64,000 nt of DNA, taken from Candidatus Bathyarchaeia archaeon. GTDB taxonomy: Archaea > Thermoproteota > Bathyarchaeia > Bathyarchaeales > Bathycorpusculaceae. The stretch spans positions 1 to 64,000 of the forward strand of contig JBEKOM010000002.1 of assembly GCA_049521795.1 (NCBI GenBank), read 5' to 3'. Below the pieces are notes generated by a model. The model was not told the DNA's origin and did not search any database. It was given only the letters and a program-made list of their open reading frames with translations. The position numbers were made by a program, and so were the translations under genes. Below are positions 58,022 through 64,000 of this stretch, piece by piece (position 1 is the first letter of the stretch; each line of letters begins with the position of its first letter).

Positions 58022-58146
58022 CGAGAAAAACGAAAAATCGAGCTTACTATGACGCGAGGACCCGCAATAAACGGTTAACTGTACCCACATCCGTTGAACG
58101 ACTTGAAAGTACTATCCCTGATTCATGCTTCACCCAAGAAAGTACA

Positions 58147-58223
58147 TGGGGCCGGGGCCGGGATTTGAACCCGGGCGCTAGGCTCCACAGGCCTATAGGC
58201 TACCAAGCTACCTCACCCCGGCC
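58147..58223 (-). tRNA. tRNA-His(GUG) with encoded G-1 and CCA
   Basis: G-GCCGGGG acceptor pairs with CCCCGGC-C-CCA; anticodon arm TAGGC-CTGTGGA-GCCTA; T arm CCGGG-TTCAAAT-CCCGG. Confidence 0.97.
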
Positions 58224-58739
58224 GCTTCTTGTTGACTTCTTATGCTTTTCTGGGTGATTCTCGTTCATTTTGGTTTCCTCAAGAATATCAAGTTATCCTT
58301 TCAGCAAACGTATTCAAAGCCCGCCTCAGGCGATTCCTTTGACTCTACTCCTGTTTCGCCTGCCTTACCAGTCAAGTTATCACTTCTAGATCCAAATGAT
58401 GTTCTACCCATGTCTACGTGGTCTCCTGCTTTGAACACCGTATTCCAGAGAAGTCTTTGACTTCTTGAAGGTGCTTCATTTGATAATAATATGGTCTCGC
58501 TTTCAAATATCGCAGAAGCGCGTTGCCCTGTCCCTTTGTTGTGCGTGCGCACTTGAAACAGCCCACACAGCTCCGCATCTAACTTGAACGCCTCACCGTT
58601 TTCAACGATGCTCGTTAAGTGTATAGACAAAACGTATAAGCAAAATGTATAAGCTTTGAAATTATTTTTTTGGCAAATTTTGGACCAAGCCAGCGCGGCT
58701 AAGATAGGCTCAAATTCGGGTTAATGTGCATGTCCAGGC

Positions 58740-59939
58740 TTAGTCCTTCAACACGAGCATGGAAAACATCAGGAGAAATGGTGCCGCAACAATTGAAACG
58801 ATGAAGGCGTAATACGGCGAGTAGGTGTAAAGAAAACCGCCTAAGTAGGGTGCTGCAAAAGCCGCCACCAAACTTAAACTCTGAGGAATAGATAGCCACA
58901 GCCCACGTCTGGTTTCAGGCGCAATTGTTCCTACAAAAGAGCCTACTAAGGAACCCGTGACCGCTGAACCTCCATAAACAAACGCGACAAGCATCAAAAT
59001 CGACGGATCACGAACCCAAAGCATGAGCACCATCGAACCGATGAAGAAGAGCAAGGATAAGCTTATAGCACCTGACTTCTTCCACCTATCACCCAAGCGT
59101 CCCATAGTAATGCCAACGAAGGTCATGCCTGCAAAATTGACAGAACCGAACAATCCGATGTTGAATTCGCTCAAGCTGGCCTGTTCAGAAAGAAACACTG
59201 GCACAAAATTTCTCACAAGGCCCGTGAAGAAGGTTGTCAACGTGAGGAAGCACGACCAAAGTAACAATTTTCGCAACTGTTCTTTTCTCTCTGCAAAAGC
59301 CAAACGAGAATGATGCTCATCTGGTCCCTTTTTCAAGGAGCACTGGCTGTCAATGAAGAAGAGTACACCGGTTGAGACAGCAATAAGCAAAGTCGAGAGG
59401 TAAAGCACAAGTCTCATCCCCGAAATCGTAGACAAGTAACCACCAACTGCCGGAGCAAAAATATAACTGAAAGTGAATGTAGAGAACACAAAAGTCACAA
59501 CAGAGGCAACCCTCTTCTTGTCTGTGACAGCCGTAATGACATAAGCACTTATCGCCGGACCGGCAATATTCGATGCACCCCAAAACACGGCTCCAGGAAT
59601 CAGCTGTGGCCATTCCACAGCGAAGGAATAGATCAGTGGCGCGAAAATCCACAACACCCATCCTAAGATCAACAGGTTCTTTCGGTCACAACGATCAGCA
59701 AGCAACCCACCTGCCAGTACGACCAAAGCTGAAACACCAAGAAGGACGGAGTACACCAAGCCCAGTTGCACGTAATCAGCATGCAATTGTCTGACATACA
59801 GAGGGAAAACCCAAAAGTACATTCCCTCCCCGAACGCACCTATAACACATGAAAGGCAAATCAGCCAAACGTTTCGGGTAAGAGCCCCAAACGGAACACC
59901 GTAAGACAAGATACGCCTGAAGCCTGCAGTCCTGGACAA
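58740..59939 (-). CDS. MFS transporter
   Basis: Motif A GLLADRCDRK and GRLGDRWKK; about 12 TM helices. Confidence 0.92.
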   Translation of the reverse strand: MSRTAGFRRILSYGVPFGALTRNVWLICLSCVIGAFGEGMYFWVFPLYVRQLHADYVQLGLVYSVLLGVSALVVLAGGLLADRCDRKNLLILGWVLWIFAPLIYSFAVEWPQLIPGAVFWGASNIAGPAISAYVITAVTDKKRVASVVTFVFSTFTFSYIFAPAVGGYLSTISGMRLVLYLSTLLIAVSTGVLFFIDSQCSLKKGPDEHHSRLAFAERKEQLRKLLLWSCFLTLTTFFTGLVRNFVPVFLSEQASLSEFNIGLFGSVNFAGMTFVGITMGRLGDRWKKSGAISLSLLFFIGSMVLMLWVRDPSILMLVAFVYGGSAVTGSLVGSFVGTIAPETRRGLWLSIPQSLSLVAAFAAPYLGGFLYTYSPYYAFIVSIVAAPFLLMFSMLVLKD

Positions 59940-60536
59940 CGAATCTTCCCTACCGCCTCTCTTAACAGAAGCTACTTAGAAAGAGACAAGAACTCTTTAT
60001 CCTTTTGGCACATGAGCTGAAGCTTAGAGAATCAAGATTCTCTTTTTTGACAATCTAGATCATGGAACCACAAACGACCGCAAAAAGAGAGAACGAACAG
60101 CAGGAGGGTTCAGAGACAGATCTGCTCAATGGGTGTTCACAGCACCAGGGATCAAATGCGCAAAGCGTCCAAATTGGATCGGGTGTTTCGAAAATCATCG
60201 AAGTTTATAAACAACGTTATGAATTTTCGTGCGTGCTTCTTCCATCATGTAACTTCCCATGTCAATCAACAGACTTGACTCTCTTTGTATTTACAAAGGG
60301 GACAAGAAAACGTTGATTCTACGGGTCTTGGTAGACGGGATAAAATTGTTTTCTAAATCATTTGTTCGAAGGTCCGTTAACTGTACAAAGTTGACAGAAA
60401 GCTCTCAACTGTTTCCGTTTTCTTCACCGGCAAAATATGGAAAAGTGTAAAATCACGCGGCTTTCGTGGGTCTTTTGGCATCAGTTAGAGTTCGAAGCAA
60501 AAGTGCAGGACACATTCCCATGGCAGGTTTGGTGTG

Positions 60537-61391
60537 TCATGCGTTGCCGCCAATCAGCAATGAGACTATTACTGCGATGGCAACGATGACTATCGTCTCA
60601 AGCAACGTAGTTTTCCAGCGAACTTGTGACCTTTCCGAGCGGTAGCGGACTAGGAAGACTCCAACTACAGTTGCGACAATTGCAAGAGACAGAGCAATAT
60701 TAAAGGGTCTTGGCAATGTCAGGTAAGTTAGAATCGGGAAAATGCCTGCTAGAAAGGTCGTTGTGCTACAGGTCAATGCTGCGATCAGATTGGACCTACT
60801 TATCTCCTTATGCAGCACAGTGAACAAGTGCTTTACCAGCATCAATGACTTGTTCCGCTCGCCCAAGTCGGCGATGTCGCTCAGGCTGTAATTCATCAAA
60901 GTCTGAAGCGTAATCATGCCAGCCAGGTCTTCGGTTATTCCACCGAGCAGGAAACTGGAAAAGTTCGTCACGGCAACGGCTGACAAAGTCAAGGATGCGG
61001 CGAAAGCTGCTGCTCGCGTAGCTAGACCGGCAAAGAGAGCTGAAAGAATAACGACCAGAGCCGTGACTGAACCATCGACCAGTCCTGCCACAATTTCAAG
61101 AATCGGCTCCTTTCTCAAGAGCAAGCTTGCCCATTCTCTGCCCAGTTTTGCACCTTGATCAGTGAGTTGCACCGTCTGGCCCCTATCGCTAATGAGCCCC
61201 TCGGAAGCCATCTGCCCGATGGCATTGTCGAGGTCTCGCGTTTCAACGCAAGCATAGCCAGCGCAAACCGTGTCAATCTCGTGCTTAAGCTGAGACTTCT
61301 CAACTGCAGCTCCTTTGCGAAGATTCACGAGAACGATTACTCTTATTATGTCGAGCAATTCCTGTATCTCAAACGACAAACTAGGTGACAC
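60537..61391 (-). CDS. VIT1/CCC1-like membrane protein with N-terminal winged-helix-like domain
   Basis: N-terminal ...SEGLI...VQLTDQG; GLVDG, LAGIFPILTYL in the TM region. Confidence 0.65.
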   Translation of the reverse strand: MSPSLSFEIQELLDIIRVIVLVNLRKGAAVEKSQLKHEIDTVCAGYACVETRDLDNAIGQMASEGLISDRGQTVQLTDQGAKLGREWASLLLRKEPILEIVAGLVDGSVTALVVILSALFAGLATRAAAFAASLTLSAVAVTNFSSFLLGGITEDLAGMITLQTLMNYSLSDIADLGERNKSLMLVKHLFTVLHKEISRSNLIAALTCSTTTFLAGIFPILTYLTLPRPFNIALSLAIVATVVGVFLVRYRSERSQVRWKTTLLETIVIVAIAVIVSLLIGGNA

Positions 61392-61900
61392 CGCTCGAAC
61401 GGAGAAATGACGATTGAAAGCTAATAACTCTTACGCGTCAACCCCCTCAAACAGCAAAATAGCAACGAACATTCTCGAACCTTAAAAGCACGAACAAAAG
61501 GGGACGCTGTGGCCCAAGACCGATCCTCTGGTAACAAGCCCATCCTCCGCTCTCTTGCAAGAACATCATGATCTCAACGCTCTTGTGAGCCCCTTGAACG
61601 TAGTCAAGAAAAGTTCCAGACAGACCCTCAGAACAGAGTACACGAAAAAACACGAACACATTATTTTTAAACAAAGACTTGCAAATTCGACATGAAAGGA
61701 TTGAAGAAATGCGCTAAAACTTTAAAATCAACCGTGGCGCATAATGTCCAGCCGACAAGTCAGACTCGAACCAGAGACTCGAACACACGATAAGGAAGCT
61801 CATTGCGACACTTTTTGGGCATCCTTGCTGGGCTGAGACCAAAGCTAAACTCTGTGGCCACCTGAGCGCCCTTCCCTTCAACTCACCGTACGTCAAATCA

Positions 61901-62314
61901 TTACTCACCCATAACCTGCATTATCACGGTTCTTCTTCTCGGATGATTGTCCGTCTCCACGAATAGCAGGGACTGCCATGTTCCGAACTCGACGCGGCCA
62001 TTAATAACCGGCATCGTCCTGTCAGGCGGAAACAGAACTGACCTCAGATGCGAGTGCGCGTTCGAAGGGTGCCCATAGTTCCCTTGTTTTGGAACCAGCT
62101 TCTCTAGAAGCATCCTAATGTCATCTAACAGGCCATATTCGTTCTCGGTCAAGACCAGCACGCCAGTGGCGTGCGGCGCGAACACATGCACCAAACCTTC
62201 CTTCACGCCAGACTTGGCTACGGCTTCCTGGACTTCGTCTGTCAAGTCGATAAACTCTATCTCGCCCTTCGTAGAAAAACTGTAAGTCGTGTTAAACACT
62301 TTACATCCAGGCAC
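61901..62314 (-). CDS. yjbQ: YjbQ/UPF0047 family protein
   Basis: DLTDEV, PHATG, NAHSHLRS, GTWQ. Confidence 0.93.
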   Translation of the reverse strand: MPGCKVFNTTYSFSTKGEIEFIDLTDEVQEAVAKSGVKEGLVHVFAPHATGVLVLTENEYGLLDDIRMLLEKLVPKQGNYGHPSNAHSHLRSVLFPPDRTMPVINGRVEFGTWQSLLFVETDNHPRRRTVIMQVMGE

Positions 62315-62321
62315 GAGTCTC

Positions 62322-62870
62322 TCACTCCAACAGCTTTGCCATCGCTATCTCGTCTATGTACTTCCCTTCCCTGAAATGCTTTTTCGGAACCCGACCAGTC
62401 TGCACAAATCCAACTTTCTCGTAAACATGAATCGCGCGCTTATTGGTCGCAAAGACAGAGAGTACCAAAACCTTCAAACCGATCCTTTGGGCTTCCTTCA
62501 CTACAACCCGCATGACCCGGGTTCCAATGCCCAAATCCCTAAAACCGCCTTTGACAGCTATGCCAACTGCACCGGCACGCTTCTCGGAACCTTTACCTAC
62601 GTGGAGGTCAGAAGACGCAACAACCTTTCCATCCACCTCTCCAACCAAGAAAAAGATCTGGCCTTTTTCCAGACGAAGAAGCACGTCAGAAAGCCACTCA
62701 GCCTCTTGCTCCCTCGACAGCTTCTCGTCCACAATTACCTCAGCCTTCTCCTCCACAAGCAAATTTATGAACTCCAACAAGTCGTCCAAGTCTTCCCACT
62801 TTGGAGTTCTCAAGACAACCCTGCGCCCGTCTTTAATAGAGAAAGCCTCGAGGATTTTGCCTGACTTCAT
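62322..62870 (-). CDS. GNAT family N-acetyltransferase
   Basis: FRDLGIG, LSVFATNKRAIHVYEKVGF. Confidence 0.9.
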   Translation of the reverse strand: MKSGKILEAFSIKDGRRVVLRTPKWEDLDDLLEFINLLVEEKAEVIVDEKLSREQEAEWLSDVLLRLEKGQIFFLVGEVDGKVVASSDLHVGKGSEKRAGAVGIAVKGGFRDLGIGTRVMRVVVKEAQRIGLKVLVLSVFATNKRAIHVYEKVGFVQTGRVPKKHFREGKYIDEIAMAKLLE

Positions 62871-64000
62871 AAGCCCTGTTAAGGCAGCACAACTTTAATA
62901 CCTTTTCAAACCGCTCGCTCTAAATAGCGTCGACACGAAGTGACTGGGTTGATGCTTTCGTATACGCGGCCCACTCCTCGTGCAAAACCGAGGGCTTTGG
63001 TGACATGTTAGAACCTCAAGTAATACATGGCTCACTGAGCTCACCAGCAAGTAATTTGGGTAAGTTAAAGAAGACAGAATTTCGCACTCTTGGCCTACAG
63101 TCGACAGTACAAACAGTTGTACTCATGGAAGAGACGCCAGGATTCGGCTTCATTAGTTCTCGAATACGCCGCGCAGAAGTCGGTGAAACCCCTCCCCGAA
63201 TCTGCTTCGACCTATAGAATCTGACGTAGACAATAGCATCGCCAAGAGTCACTTCGGAGCATCGGCCAACACACTATCCAATGCTGACTCGACAAAGCGA
63301 TTTCTGCCCTAAAAAGACGTCAGCCAATAGGCCAAGCTTTCTCGGCAGGAAAGTGTGAGAACGATTTAGATTCACAAGGCATATCTCACAAGCCAACCTA
63401 GGCAAGCTGCACGTGCAATTCTTGGAGCCCTATGATGCGGGTCAGATCTCTCAAGGATTCAGCTGCAAATTGTCGAAAAAGATCGAAGTAGCTACGAAGG
63501 TCAAGGCCGCTTGGTTCGCATGGAGATTTTCGCAGGTTTTTATATGAGGCCCCAGCGAAGTCCATGCCTTGCACTCAAGAGTGAAAGAAACTGGCCAAAA
63601 TCTCTTTGCTTTCGCTCAGGGGAGCTTGCTTTGGGGTTTTCTGTATCGTGTCTGTTGCGAAAAACTGTAAGCTGTTGCTCAAGGGGCTTTTTACGGCTGA
63701 ACTTCGTACTCTCATCTGGCCTGTTTTGCAAGGTTTACGTTGGGAATTCGCCGTTTTCATGAAAATGGCGCTGTCGGTTTTCGAAACGCTTTCAAAGCGT
63801 ACCACCGTTCGAAACGCGTATTCTGCGCGGTTAGAAGCTCATGTTATCAGTTTCTTCATATTCCTGATTTTGAAATACCACTTTAATTGCTCATTGCGCT
63901 GTGTTTTTTGACAGAGAAAGGATAGCAAAGGTGCCAGTCTTGCCCCCAAGCTGTTTTGGAGATGACGTTGAAACCCTCGAGAGGAAAGTCAACGGAAGGA

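Noticed and set aside
56960-58146. Integrated element at the tRNA-His 3' end
   Set aside because: No duplicated tRNA 3' end and no integrase found by eye.
62900-63950. Short ORFs in the terminal 1 kb and in 58240-58700 and 60000-60530
   Set aside because: No recognisable motifs, SD support or repeats; left unannotated.
63981-64000. GAGGAAAGTC resembling the RNase P RNA 5' conserved region
   Set aside because: Consensus breaks after GTC, no upstream helix is evident, and the window ends.

Overview
Archaeal chromosomal window. The gene set (TFB, TFE, Alba, single-OB SSB, aIF-1A-RIO1-Dim2, aIF-2beta, a dockerin/CARDB subtilase, a GAF histidine kinase, many TTG/GTG starts) suggests TACK, most plausibly Bathyarchaeia; this is inference. 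Most of 13.5-63 kb is ordinary housekeeping and metabolism: pyrG, uppS, ychF, gcvPA/PB, malic enzyme, an E1a-E1b-E2 dehydrogenase cluster and tRNA-His. The unusual part is about 5.8-12.9 kb, a gene-poor mosaic. About 20 alternating (CG)n runs, often in the polar context YTAGCGCGCGC, separate short segments. These segments carry intact small genes (mgsA, engB, Zn-finger microproteins) or gene fragments cut exactly at a CG run: an hsdM/hsdS junction, a UDG-like 5' end, a methyltransferase-like tail and a hypothetical tail. The region also holds a family of ~28-bp palindromes resembling tRNA T-arms. A ~200-bp element with terminal inverted repeats occurs twice (17.06 kb and 56.77 kb), each copy touching the same CG motif. 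Together these suggest an undescribed DNA capture, rearrangement or repair-scar system keyed on the CG motif; no recombinase is visible in the window. All annotations are by motif recognition only, with no database searches.
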